A stretch of 64,000 bases of DNA from Thermoanaerobaculia bacterium. Its GTDB lineage: Bacteria; Acidobacteriota; Thermoanaerobaculia; Multivoradales; JAIOJS01. The position numbers and the translations under genes were made by a program. The stretch's first letter is position 1; each line of letters opens with the position of its first letter. Shown here piece after piece: positions 44,965 through 55,978 of the stretch. The notes under the pieces were generated by a model. That model was not told the DNA's origin and ran no database searches. It saw only the letters and a program-made list of their open reading frames with translations. The DNA lies in assembly GCA_963806095.1 (NCBI GenBank), contig CAWDWV010000005.1, positions 64,283-128,282 on the forward strand. The letters are read 5' to 3'.

Positions 44965-45623
44965 TCCTCGTCGCGGATCGCCTCAACACCGCTCGCCGCA
45001 CCGAACACCACTCGCCGCCCTTCGACGCGCCACGGCTCGCCGATCAACCGCCGCAGCGCCTCGGGGTAGGCACGGTGCTCCTCGACGAGGATACGGGCCG
45101 CCAGCGCCGCCTCGTCGTCGCCGTCGAGCACCGGCACCGCGCGCTGCACGACGATGGGGCCGCTGTCGACCCCCTCGTCGACGAAGTGCACCGTGCAGCC
45201 CGACACCTTGACGCCGTGCTCGAGCGCCTGGCGCTGCGGGTGCAGGCCCGGGAAGGCGGGCAGCAGGCTCGGGTGGATGTTGAGGACGCGCTGCGGAAGC
45301 GCGCGCAGGAAGGCCGGCGAGAGCAGCCGCATGAAGCCGGCGAGGCAGACCCACTCGACGCCGTGGGCGGCGAGCACGGCGAGGATCGCCTCCTCGTGCG
45401 CCGCCCGATCGGCGAAGTCGCGTCGCGGCAGTCGCGCCGTGGCCAGGCCGAGCTCGCCGGCACGCACGATCCCCGGCGCCTCGGGCACGTCGCTCACCAC
45501 CACGGCGACCCGCGCCGGCAGCTCGCCGCGCTCGGCGGCGGCGTGCAGGGCGAGGAAGTTGCTGCCCCGGCCGGAGAGCAGGATGCCGAGTCGGGTCAGG
45601 GCGCCGGCCGCCGAGTCGCTCAC
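44904..45623 (-). CDS. purN: Phosphoribosylglycinamide formyltransferase
   Basis: The GTG start overlaps the purM stop (GTGA). LGILLSGRGSNF, VCLAGFMRLL, NIHPSLLPAFPG, SGCTVHFVDEGVDSGPII-type motifs. The 3' end overlaps the convergent membrane-protein gene by 61 nt. Confidence 0.85.
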   Translation of the reverse strand: MSDSAAGALTRLGILLSGRGSNFLALHAAAERGELPARVAVVVSDVPEAPGIVRAGELGLATARLPRRDFADRAAHEEAILAVLAAHGVEWVCLAGFMRLLSPAFLRALPQRVLNIHPSLLPAFPGLHPQRQALEHGVKVSGCTVHFVDEGVDSGPIVVQRAVPVLDGDDEAALAARILVEEHRAYPEALRRLIGEPWRVEGRRVVFGAASGVEAIRDEDQRGAAAAEPAAPPVQALRG

Positions 45624-46747
45624 TCTTCGACGTACTCCACGCCCGCCTCCCCCGCCACCACCTCGCCGAGCTCGAACCCTGGGCAGCCCGCGCGCTCGAG
45701 GTGCGCCAGCGCCTCGCCGCGCGCTTCCGGCGCCACCACCAGCACCATGCCGACGCCGAGGTTGAACACCCGCCGCATCTCGTCGGCGCCGACGCCGCCC
45801 GCCTCGGCGATGAGCCGGAAGAGCGGCGGCACCGTCCAGCCGGCGAGCCGGATGCGCGCGCGGCACCCGGCCGGCAAGCTCCGCGGCACGTTGTCGGTGA
45901 GGCCGCCGCCGGTGACGTGCGCCATCGCGTGCAGGCCGGGATGGTCGAGCAACCGCGCTACCGGCGCGAGGTACGAGCGGTGAGGCGCCAGCAGCGCGGC
46001 GCGCACGGTGGGCATCGCCCCCGTCTCGCGGGAGGGGCTTGGCAGCACGTCGTCGATCCCCAGGCGGAGGCCGTCGAAGATCACCCGCCGCGCCAGCGAG
46101 TAGCCGTTGGTGTGCAGGCCCGCCGACGGCAGCCCGATCAGCACGTCGCCGGCGCGCACGCGCGACGGGCCCAGCAGCCGTTCGCGCTCGACGACGCCGA
46201 CGATGAACCCCACCAGCTCGTAGTCGCCGGGCTGGTAGAAGCCGGGCATCTCGGCGGTCTCGCCGCCGAGCAACGCGCAGCCGTTGTCGCGGCAGCCGGC
46301 GGCGACGCCGGCAACGAGCGCCACCACCTGCTCCGGCTCGAGCACGCCGGCGCCGACGTAGTCGAGGAAGAACAGCGGCCGCGCCCCCTGCACCAGGACG
46401 TCGTTGACGCAGTGGTTGACGAGGTCGGCGCCGACGGTCGAGAAGTCGCCGGCGAGCTTGGCGACCATGAGCTTGGTGCCGACGCCGTCGGCGGAGGCCA
46501 CCAGCACCGGCTCGCGGAGGTCGCGCGAGAGCGCGAAGAGGCCGCCGAAGCCGCCGAGCTCGGAGAGCACGCCGGGCACCACCGTCGAGCGCACCAGCTC
46601 CTTGACCGTCGCCAGCGCCCGGTCCTGCGCGTCGATGTCGACGCCGGCACGGCGATAGGAATCGCCTGGCGTCGTCTGCCGCCCCTCACTCCCCTGCCCC
46701 TCTCTCCCCTCGCCGGGGAGAAAGGGGTCCAGAACCTGGCGTTGCAT
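45620..46747 (-). CDS. purM: Phosphoribosylformylglycinamidine cyclo-ligase (AIR synthetase)
   Basis: SYRRAGVDIDAQD, GGFGGLF, SADGVGTKL, DLVNHCVNDVLVQGARPLFFLDY, GGETAEMPG, GLHTNGYSL. Confidence 0.9.
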   Translation of the reverse strand: MQRQVLDPFLPGEGREGQGSEGRQTTPGDSYRRAGVDIDAQDRALATVKELVRSTVVPGVLSELGGFGGLFALSRDLREPVLVASADGVGTKLMVAKLAGDFSTVGADLVNHCVNDVLVQGARPLFFLDYVGAGVLEPEQVVALVAGVAAGCRDNGCALLGGETAEMPGFYQPGDYELVGFIVGVVERERLLGPSRVRAGDVLIGLPSAGLHTNGYSLARRVIFDGLRLGIDDVLPSPSRETGAMPTVRAALLAPHRSYLAPVARLLDHPGLHAMAHVTGGGLTDNVPRSLPAGCRARIRLAGWTVPPLFRLIAEAGGVGADEMRRVFNLGVGMVLVVAPEARGEALAHLERAGCPGFELGEVVAGEAGVEYVEE

Positions 46748-46755
46748 CGCTGCCT

Positions 46756-48168
46756 TTACTCGCCGCCCTCGGCGCGGATGGGGAACAGCAGCCGCTGCCG
46801 CTCGTCCTCGCCGGCCATCGCCACCCGGTACTCGCCCGTCCAGCAGGCCGTGCAGTAGCTGTCGGCCGGCCCCGACACCGAGCGCAGCATCCCCTCGAGC
46901 GACAGGTAGGCGAGGCTGTCCGCCTCGACGAAGCGACGGATCTCCTCAACCGGCCGGACGGCGGCGATGAGCTCCTCGCGCGTCGGCGTGTCGATGCCGT
47001 AGCGGCAGGGCCACGCCGTCGGCGGCGAGGAGATGCGCAGGTGCACCTCGGCGGCGCCGGCGTCCTTGAGCATGCGCACGATCTTCTTCGAGGTGGTGCC
47101 GCGCACGATGGAGTCGTCGAGCAGCACGACGCGCTTGCCGGCGATCACCTCGCGCACCGGGTTGAGCTTGACCTTGACGCCGAAGTGGCGGATCGAGCTC
47201 TTGGGCTCGATGAAGGTGCGGCCGACGTAGTGGTTGCGGATGAGCCCGAACTCGAACGGCAGCCCCGACTCGCGGGCGTAGCCCAAGGCGGCGAAGACGC
47301 CGCTGTCGGGCACCGGGCAGACGAGGTCGGCGTCGGCGGGCGCCTCGCGGGCGAGCTGGGCGCCCAGCCGCCGGCGCACTTCCGACACCGCGTCGCCGAA
47401 CACCGTGCTGTCGGGCCGCGCGAAGTAGACGTGCTCGAAGATGCAGCGGCTGGGCTCGGGCACCTGCGAGAGGTGGAAGCTCTGCAGCCGGCCGCGGTGG
47501 GCGACCACCACCTCGCCGGGCTCGAGCTCGCGCACCGTCGTGGCGCCGATCAGGTCGAAGGCGCAGCCTTCGGAGGCGAAGCAGGGGCTGCTGGCGGCGC
47601 CATCCACGCCCGGCGCGTCGCCGAGCAGCAGCGGCCGGAACCCCCACGGGTCGCGCGCCGCGATGACGCCGTCCTTGCAGATGAGCAGCAGCGAGTAGGC
47701 GCCGCGCACCTGCTCCAACGCGAGCAGCAACGCCTCGACGACGCTTTGCCGCGGCTGCCGCGCCATCAGGTGGAGGATCACCTCGGTGTCGGAGGTGGTC
47801 TGGAAGATGGCGCCGTCACGCTCGAGCCGCTGGCGCACCTCGACGGCGTTGACCAGGTTACCGTTGTGCACCACGCCGAGCGGGCCCATCGAGGTGTTGA
47901 CGACGATCGGCTGCGCGTTGGCGAGCACCGAGGAGCCGGCCGTCGAGTAGCGCGTGTGGCCGATGGCGTCGCCGCCGCGCAGGCGCTTGAGCACCGGCTC
48001 GGCGAAGATGTCGGCCACCTCCCCCATGCCGCGCTCGACGTGCATGCGGTCGCCGTCCCAGGAGACGATGCCGGCGCTCTCCTGCCCGCGGTGCTGCAGG
48101 GCGTAGAGGCCGAGGTAGACGAAGTTCGCCGCGTCCTCGCGGGCGTCGATGCCGAAGATGCCGCACAT
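46756..48168 (-). CDS. purF: Amidophosphoribosyltransferase
   Basis: ATG 48168 gives MCGIFGI (N-terminal nucleophile Cys). [25 protein letters not shown], and DDSIVRGTT (PRPP loop). The upstream 200 codons of track ORF 46756..48768 are read-through. Confidence 0.9.
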   Translation of the reverse strand: MCGIFGIDAREDAANFVYLGLYALQHRGQESAGIVSWDGDRMHVERGMGEVADIFAEPVLKRLRGGDAIGHTRYSTAGSSVLANAQPIVVNTSMGPLGVVHNGNLVNAVEVRQRLERDGAIFQTTSDTEVILHLMARQPRQSVVEALLLALEQVRGAYSLLLICKDGVIAARDPWGFRPLLLGDAPGVDGAASSPCFASEGCAFDLIGATTVRELEPGEVVVAHRGRLQSFHLSQVPEPSRCIFEHVYFARPDSTVFGDAVSEVRRRLGAQLAREAPADADLVCPVPDSGVFAALGYARESGLPFEFGLIRNHYVGRTFIEPKSSIRHFGVKVKLNPVREVIAGKRVVLLDDSIVRGTTSKKIVRMLKDAGAAEVHLRISSPPTAWPCRYGIDTPTREELIAAVRPVEEIRRFVEADSLAYLSLEGMLRSVSGPADSYCTACWTGEYRVAMAGEDERQRLLFPIRAEGGE

Positions 48169-48249
48169 GGTGGTGGGAGGCCTCAGTTTCTCATGCCGGC
48201 CCCAGCGGGTGAAGCGCGGCGCTGATCGACCCAGTTGTAGCATCCGCCG

Positions 48250-49013
48250 GTGACAGCTGAGGGGTCGCGAGCGCGCGGCGCGGCAGACTTGCCCCGTGGA
48301 TGGGCGGCGGTTCGGGCCAGGGCCGAGGCCCTCCGTGAGATGCGGCGCCAGCACGGACTCCGCTTCACGCTGGTCCTGGCGGCGCGATGGCTCACGCTGC
48401 CCTGGTTCCGGCGGCTGCATCGCCAACCGTTCCGCTTCGACGGCGGCGAGTACGAGTACCTCGTGCACCGCTACCGCTTCACCTGGGCCAACGAGCGAGC
48501 GGTGGAGATCCCGATCGCGCTTCGCCTGCTGGCCGAGCATCGGCCCGAAGAGGTGCTCGAGGTGGGCAACGTGCTGTCCCATTACGTCGAGACCCGCCAC
48601 CGCGTCGTCGACAAGTACGACAGCGACCCGCGCGTCGAGAAGCTCGACGTCCTGGAGATCCCTCGAGCTCCCCGCTACCCGCTGGTGCTCAGCGTGTCCA
48701 CCCTCGAGCACGTCGGCTGGGACGAGAGCCCTCAGGACCCGGACAAGTTCCTGCTCGCCGTAGAGCACCTCGAGGCCTGCCTCGCGCCGGGCGGCCGGCT
48801 GGTGTTCACCGTGCCGCTCGGCTACAACGCCTGGGCCGATCGGCTACTGGCCGAGGGCCGCGTCAGGCTCACCCGGCTCGCTTGCCTGGAGCGCGTGGGC
48901 GACCTGGAGTGGCGGCAGGTCGATTGGGAAGGGAGGACCCGCACGCTGTACGGCTCACCATACCCCTTCGCCAACACGATCGCGGTGTGCGTCTACGAGG
49001 CGCCGACGCCCGC

Positions 49014-49017
<4 letters not shown>
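48250..49017 (+). CDS. Hypothetical protein, methyltransferase-fold-like, encoded antisense inside the pur cluster
   Basis: The 255-aa ORF has non-shadow composition ([72 protein letters not shown]). It has the VLEVG / STLEHV / PGG spacing of class I methyltransferases but no clear GxGxG. The start is a GTG. Confidence 0.55.
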
Positions 49018-51223
<2,206 letters not shown>

Positions 51224-51224
<1 letters not shown>

Positions 51225-51973
51225 CACCGCGCCGCGCCGGCGCGACGCCGGCCGCTGCCGACGGCCGCCTCCGCCAGCGAACGAAACAGCTCGGCGCCGT
51301 CCTCGTTGCCGGCCAGCGCCTCGGCGCAGCGCTCGGGGTGGGGCATCAGCGCCATGACGTTGCCGGCGCGGTTGGCGATGCCGGCGATCGCGCGCTGGGA
51401 ACCGTTCGGGTTCGAATCGGAAGCGGCGTCCTGCCCGGCGTCGGCGGCGTCGACCTTGCCCTCCGGCGAGCAGTAGCGGAAGACCACCTGGCCGTTCTTC
51501 TCCAGCGCGTCGAGCTTGTCGGCGCCGTCGAAGTAGAGGCCGTCGCCGTGGGCGATCGGCATGCGCAGCACCTGGCCGCGACGCAGGCGGTTGGTGAACG
51601 GAAGGTCGTCGCGCTCCACCCGCAGGTGGACGTCGCGGGAGAGGAAGCGCAAGCCGGCGTTGCGCAGCAGGGCGCCCGGCAACAGGCCGCTCTCGCAGAG
51701 GATCTGGAAGCCGTTGCAGATGCCGAGCACGAGGCCGCCGGCGTCGGCGTGGCGCTTGACCGCCGCCATGATCGGCGACTGCGCCGCCATGGCGCCGGCG
51801 CGCAGGTAGTCGCCGTAGGAGAAGCCGCCGGGGAGCACCACCACGTCGCTCCCCTGCAGGTGGGTGTCGTCGTGCCAGAGGAAGTTCGCGTCCTCGCCCA
51901 GCACGTGCTTCCAGACGTGGTAGACGTCGTGGTCGCAGTTGCTGCCGGGGAAGACGACCACCCCGCACCTCAT
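51224..51973 (-). CDS. purQ: Phosphoribosylformylglycinamidine synthase subunit I (glutaminase)
   Basis: [32 protein letters not shown] (nucleophile Cys), MPHPER. The stop overlaps the purL start by 1 nt. Confidence 0.9.
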
Positions 51974-52998
51974 CGGCGGGAGCCTTTCGCCGGCTTCTTC
52001 GCCGGCGGCTTCGCCTTCGAGGCGGGCTTGCCCTTCGACGTGGTCTTGCCCTTCGGCGCGGGCTTGGCCTTCGCGGCCGGCTTCGGCTTCGTCGCCAGCT
52101 TGGGCTTCGCTGCCGGCTTTGCCTTGGGCTTAGGCTTGGCCTTCGCCTTCGAGGAAGGCTTGGCCTTGGCCGCCGCCTTCGGCTTCGGCGCCGGCTTCGC
52201 CTTGGGAGCGGGCTTCGGCTTGGTCGCGGGCTTCGGCTTGGCCGCGGGCTTCGGCTTGGCCGCGGGCTTCGCCTCGGCGGCCGGTTTCGCCTTCGCCGCC
52301 GCCGGCTTCGCCTTCACGGCCGGCTTGGGCGTGGCGGCGGGCTGCGGCTTGGCCGCCGGTTGGGTCTTGGCCTGGGCGGCAGCGGGTTTGGTGGCAGCGG
52401 GCTTGGTGGCAGCGGGCTTGGCGGCCGCCGGGCGCGAGGCCGGCGACACGGCCGCGGCAGCCTTGGCAGGGGGAGCGGGTCCCGTGGCGGGCCGCGGGCT
52501 GGTCGGCTGGGCCGACGCCGGCGGGACAGCCGCCGTGGGCGCCTGTCGAACCGCGGCGCCGGGGACTGCCCTGGCGGCGGCGCCGGCAGAGGCGACCACC
52601 GGCGGCGCCGCGGCGGACCGCGGTCCCGTGGGCTCTCCCACCGCCGCGGCGGCGGCCGCGACGTCCCGGCGGGCGGGCTCACCCTCGGCCGGTGCCGGCG
52701 CGGGAGCGGCCGTCCAGCCGCTGCCCCCCTTGCCGCCTCCCTTTCCGCCTTTTGCGGCGGCGCCCGGCACCTCTACCTCCCAGCTCTCGACGATCGGGTT
52801 GGCCAGCAGCTTCTGGCACATCGCCTCGACCTGGCGCCGCCCCTCGTCGCCCTTGGCGGCGAGCTCGATCTCGAAGCTCTTGCCCGCCCGCACGTCGGAG
52901 ACGACCTGGAACCCCAGTCGTGTCAACGCTTGCTGGATCGCCCGCCCTTGGGGGTCGAGGACCTCGCGACGGGGGTAGACCAGCACTCTTGCCTTCAC
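51970..52998 (-). CDS. purS: PurS (FGAM synthase small subunit) with ~260-aa Ala/Lys/Pro-rich C-terminal extension
   Basis: GTG start 52998. The first ~78 aa, [48 protein letters not shown]...[20 protein letters not shown], are canonical PurS. The ORF continues without a stop through GGKGGGKGG, an Ala/Pro-rich stretch and [31 protein letters not shown]-type repeats. The stop overlaps the purQ start (ATGA). Confidence 0.8.
   Translation of the reverse strand: MKARVLVYPRREVLDPQGRAIQQALTRLGFQVVSDVRAGKSFEIELAAKGDEGRRQVEAMCQKLLANPIVESWEVEVPGAAAKGGKGGGKGGSGWTAAPAPAPAEGEPARRDVAAAAAAVGEPTGPRSAAAPPVVASAGAAARAVPGAAVRQAPTAAVPPASAQPTSPRPATGPAPPAKAAAAVSPASRPAAAKPAATKPAATKPAAAQAKTQPAAKPQPAATPKPAVKAKPAAAKAKPAAEAKPAAKPKPAAKPKPATKPKPAPKAKPAPKPKAAAKAKPSSKAKAKPKPKAKPAAKPKLATKPKPAAKAKPAPKGKTTSKGKPASKAKPPAKKPAKGSRR
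51973..52430 (-). repeat. Degenerate tandem coding repeats (GCC/AAG/CCG codons) encoding the KPA-rich tail
   Basis: The plus strand shows reiterated ggcttcggcttggccgcgggcttcggcttggccgcgggcttcgcc-type units. All three plus-strand shadow frames are also open here. Confidence 0.6.
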
Positions 52999-53027
52999 GG
53001 GGTGGACTCCGGAGCCATGGAGAGTCG

Positions 53028-53065
53028 ATAAAACGCCGGGAAGGCCGGGACACGGGCCCGCGGCG
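53028..53065 (-). promoter_or_regulatory. Terminator-like hairpin plus U-run in the purS leader (possible attenuator)
   Basis: The minus-strand RNA reads CGCCGCGGG-cccgugucccggccuu-CCCGGCG-UUUUAU, 30 nt upstream of the purS GTG. A TATATT box (53083..53088, minus strand) sits ~20 nt further upstream. Confidence 0.3.
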
Positions 53066-53091
53066 CCAATGATTTGCGGGAGAATATACCT

Positions 53092-53943
53092 TCAGCCGCC
53101 GACCGTCAGCCAGGGGGTGGGCTCGAACTGCCCCGAGATCGTCAGCTCCGCCTTCGTCCGCAGGCGGGCCAGCTCCTCCCCCACCACCGCCGCCGCCAGG
53201 GCCGGCAGGTTGTTGGCCTGGGAGAGGTGGTAGAGCACGACGTGCCGGAGCCCCTCGTGGGCGAGCTCGGACAGCCCGTCGGCCGCGTCGGCGTTGGAGA
53301 GGTGGCCGTGCCGCCCCGCCACCCGCTGCTTGAGCGGCCAGGGGTAGGGGCCGTTGCGCAGCATTTCGAGGTCGTGGTTGGCCTCCAGCAACAGAGCGTG
53401 GACGCCGGCGAGGCGCGCCCAGGCGAGCCGGCTCCGGCAGCCGAGGTCGGCGACCAGCCCCACCCGGCCGCCGCCGCCGGGGTCCTCCACCACCACTCCC
53501 ACCGGCTCGCGGGCGTCGTGGGGCACGGCGAACAGCTCGACGACGAAGCCGGCCGCCTCGAAGGGGACGCCCGACCGGCAGGGGCGCACCAGCGACGCCA
53601 CCTCCGGCCGCAGGGTCATGCCGCTGACGGTGCCGGCGGTGGCGTAGATCGGCACCCGCCGCTTGCGGCAGAAGCGCTCGACGCCGCGCACGTGGTCGAG
53701 GTGCTCGTGGGTGAGGACGACGCCGTGCAGGTCCTCGGGCTCGAGGCCGACCTTGGCCAGCCGGCGCTTGATCTCGCGCCCCGAGAAGCCGGCGTCGACG
53801 AGCAGCCGGCGGCCGCCGGCCTCGATCACCACCGCGTTGCCCTGGCTGCCCGAGCCCAGCACGACGAGGCGTAGGGGCCGCCGGGGCACCACCGGCTCGC
53901 GAACGGGGCCGTCGAGCTCGGGGAAGAGCGAGGCTTGCTTCAC
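53092..53943 (-). CDS. MBL-fold metallo-hydrolase (YycJ/PhnP-like)
   Basis: LVVLGSGSQGNAVVIEAGGRRLLVDAGFS, VVLTHEHLDHVRG (HxHxDH), HDAREPVG, GHLSN. Confidence 0.8.
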   Translation of the reverse strand: MKQASLFPELDGPVREPVVPRRPLRLVVLGSGSQGNAVVIEAGGRRLLVDAGFSGREIKRRLAKVGLEPEDLHGVVLTHEHLDHVRGVERFCRKRRVPIYATAGTVSGMTLRPEVASLVRPCRSGVPFEAAGFVVELFAVPHDAREPVGVVVEDPGGGGRVGLVADLGCRSRLAWARLAGVHALLLEANHDLEMLRNGPYPWPLKQRVAGRHGHLSNADAADGLSELAHEGLRHVVLYHLSQANNLPALAAAVVGEELARLRTKAELTISGQFEPTPWLTVGG

Positions 53944-53973
53944 TTGCCCCTCAATCTATCCCGCGCCGCGCGG

Positions 53974-54735
53974 TCAAAACTCGTAGGTTCTCCCCTGCTC
54001 GAGGAAGGCGATGTCGGGGTTGCCCAGCGCCTTGACCTCGGCGCAGATCCGGCCGATGCAGGGCGGCTTCAGGTGGTGGAGCAGGATGGGCACCTTGCGC
54101 TCGAGCTTCTGCAGCTCGCGCGCGAGCGTCTGCGGCGTCAGGTGGAGCGAGACGTCGGCGATCTCCTGCAGCGCGTTGTCGAAGGAGACCTCGATGCACA
54201 GCGCCTTCAAGTCCGGGGTCTGGTTGGCCACCTCCCAGAAGCGCGTCGTCGGCCCGGTGTCGCTCGACCACAGCACGGCGCTGCGCCCCTGGCGCAGCAG
54301 GAAGCCGTGGGTGGGCACCAGGTGGTCGACGGGGATGGGGGTGAAGCTGATGCCGTCGAGCTCGAGCGGCACCTCGTCGGCGAGCTCCTCGAACTGCACC
54401 GCCGGCAGCAGGTGGTTGGGCAGCCGCGTGAAGTCGGGCCAGGTGGCGTTGTTGAAGAGGTACTTGCGGATGGCGTAGATGGTGGCCGGCGAGCTGTGGA
54501 TGCGGATGGCGCCGTTGCTCTTGCCGTAGACGTTCTCGATGAAGAAGGGGAGCGAGTTGGTGTGGTCCATGTGCGAGTGCGACAGCACGATGGAGTGCAC
54601 CTTGACCTGCTCGTCCACCGCCAGCGCCTGCGCCAGCGAGCCGGCGTCGAGCGCCACCCGGTCGTTGATCAACAGGCTGGTCATGCGGCAGTCGATACTC
54701 TCGCCGCCGAAGCCGCCGAGGACCTGTATCTTCAT
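53974..54735 (-). CDS. Class II 3',5'-cyclic-nucleotide phosphodiesterase (MBL-fold, CpdP-like)
   Basis: MKIQVLGGFGGES...TSLLINDRVALDAGS, IVLSHSHMDH (class II signature HxHxDH), PVDHLVPTHGFLL, LWSSDTG, LLHHLKP. Confidence 0.8.
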   Translation of the reverse strand: MKIQVLGGFGGESIDCRMTSLLINDRVALDAGSLAQALAVDEQVKVHSIVLSHSHMDHTNSLPFFIENVYGKSNGAIRIHSSPATIYAIRKYLFNNATWPDFTRLPNHLLPAVQFEELADEVPLELDGISFTPIPVDHLVPTHGFLLRQGRSAVLWSSDTGPTTRFWEVANQTPDLKALCIEVSFDNALQEIADVSLHLTPQTLARELQKLERKVPILLHHLKPPCIGRICAEVKALGNPDIAFLEQGRTYEF

Positions 54736-54749
54736 GGGACTAGAGGATC

Positions 54750-55901
54750 TTACGCCTGTGGAACGAGCGCCGACAAGGACGCGAGCAGCCGCTCCCCCTG
54801 CTCCAGCGTGAAGGCGTCGCGGGCATAGAGGCGGCCAAAGGCGCCCGCCACCTGCGGGCAGAACTGGCTGCCGGCGAGGCGCGCGATCTCCTCCGCCGCG
54901 GCGACCGGCGTGAGCGCCTTGCGGTAGGGCCGGTCGGTGGTCATGGCGTCGAAGGTGTCGGCGACGCCGATGATGCGCGGGATCAGCGGCAGCTGGGCAT
55001 CGACGAGGCCGTCGGGGTAGCCGCGGCCGTCGAGCCGCTCGTGGTGGCTGCGGATGCCCGGCACCAGGTGGCGCAGGCTGCGGATGCGCCCCACCATCTC
55101 GGCGCCGTCGAGGGTGTGGCGCGCCATCACCGCCACCTCGTCGGCGTCCAGGCGCGCCGGCTTGCGCAGGATCTGGTCGGGCACCGCGATCTTGCCGATG
55201 TCGTGCAGGATGGCGGCGAGGCGCAGCTCCTCGAGCTGCTCCGGCGGCAGGCCGAGCTCCTGGCCGAGCAGCACCGAGTAGGTGACCACCCGCCGCACGT
55301 GGCCGCCGGTGTAGGGGTCGCGGCGCTCGATCGCTTCCGAGAGCGCCGTCACCATCTCGACGAAGCTGCGCTTCTGCTCGGCGTAGAGCCGGGCGTTGGC
55401 TACCGCCGCGGCGAGGATGCCGGCGAACAGCTGCATGCGGCGCAGGTCGTCGGCGGTGAAGCCCTCGACGCCGGCGCGGTTGAGCAGCTGCAGCACGCCG
55501 ATCACCGAGCCGCGGGCGATGAGCGGCACGGTGAGGATGTTGCGGGTGGTGAAGTGGGGGTCGCGGTCGCCGCTCCAGCGCGGGTCCTGCACCACCTCGT
55601 TGACGATCTCGGCCTCTCCGGAAAGGGCGACGCTGCCGACGATGCCGCGCCCCAGCGGCACGCGCAGCGACTGGATCTCGCCGGCGGCGCGGCCGCGCAC
55701 GACGCGGAAGAACAGCTCCTTCTTCTCGTCGTCGAGCTCCCAGATCGAGCTCGACTCGGCGTGGCAGAGCTCCTCGGCCTTCGAGAGCGCCAGCGACAGC
55801 ACGCGCGAGAGGTCGAGCGTGCTCGCCAGCTCGACGCCGATCTCGAGCAGGACCTCGAGCTCGCTCAGCCGCCGCTGCGGATCGGTGGAAAGGTCGCTCA
55901 T
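54750..55901 (-). CDS. GAF + HD-GYP domain protein (cyclic-dinucleotide phosphodiesterase)
   Basis: GAF segment: ESSSIWELDDEKKELFFRVVRG...GIVGSVALSGEAEIVNEV. HD-GYP segment: LHDIGKIAVPDQIL and HHERLDGRGYPDGL. Confidence 0.85.
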   Translation of the reverse strand: MSDLSTDPQRRLSELEVLLEIGVELASTLDLSRVLSLALSKAEELCHAESSSIWELDDEKKELFFRVVRGRAAGEIQSLRVPLGRGIVGSVALSGEAEIVNEVVQDPRWSGDRDPHFTTRNILTVPLIARGSVIGVLQLLNRAGVEGFTADDLRRMQLFAGILAAAVANARLYAEQKRSFVEMVTALSEAIERRDPYTGGHVRRVVTYSVLLGQELGLPPEQLEELRLAAILHDIGKIAVPDQILRKPARLDADEVAVMARHTLDGAEMVGRIRSLRHLVPGIRSHHERLDGRGYPDGLVDAQLPLIPRIIGVADTFDAMTTDRPYRKALTPVAAAEEIARLAGSQFCPQVAGAFGRLYARDAFTLEQGERLLASLSALVPQA

Positions 55902-55978
55902 CGAGATCGCCGGCGGCGACCGGGTGCCGCCGCCGGCGATTGTACGGCTGCTCGGCCCGGCGCCGTGTCAGGCCGCGG

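Noticed and set aside
51973-52430. The repetitive DNA as a CRISPR array or non-coding satellite.
   Set aside because: The repeats are degenerate, have no unique spacers of regular length, and are in frame with purS, encoding KPA-type low-complexity protein.
52999-53088. A ZTP (pfl) or purine riboswitch in the purS leader.
   Set aside because: The leader is only ~80 nt and lacks the conserved ZTP elements I remember (GGGUCGUGACUGGCG... and CCGCCUGGGC). It also lacks the purine-riboswitch three-way junction signature. Only a generic hairpin + U-run is visible.
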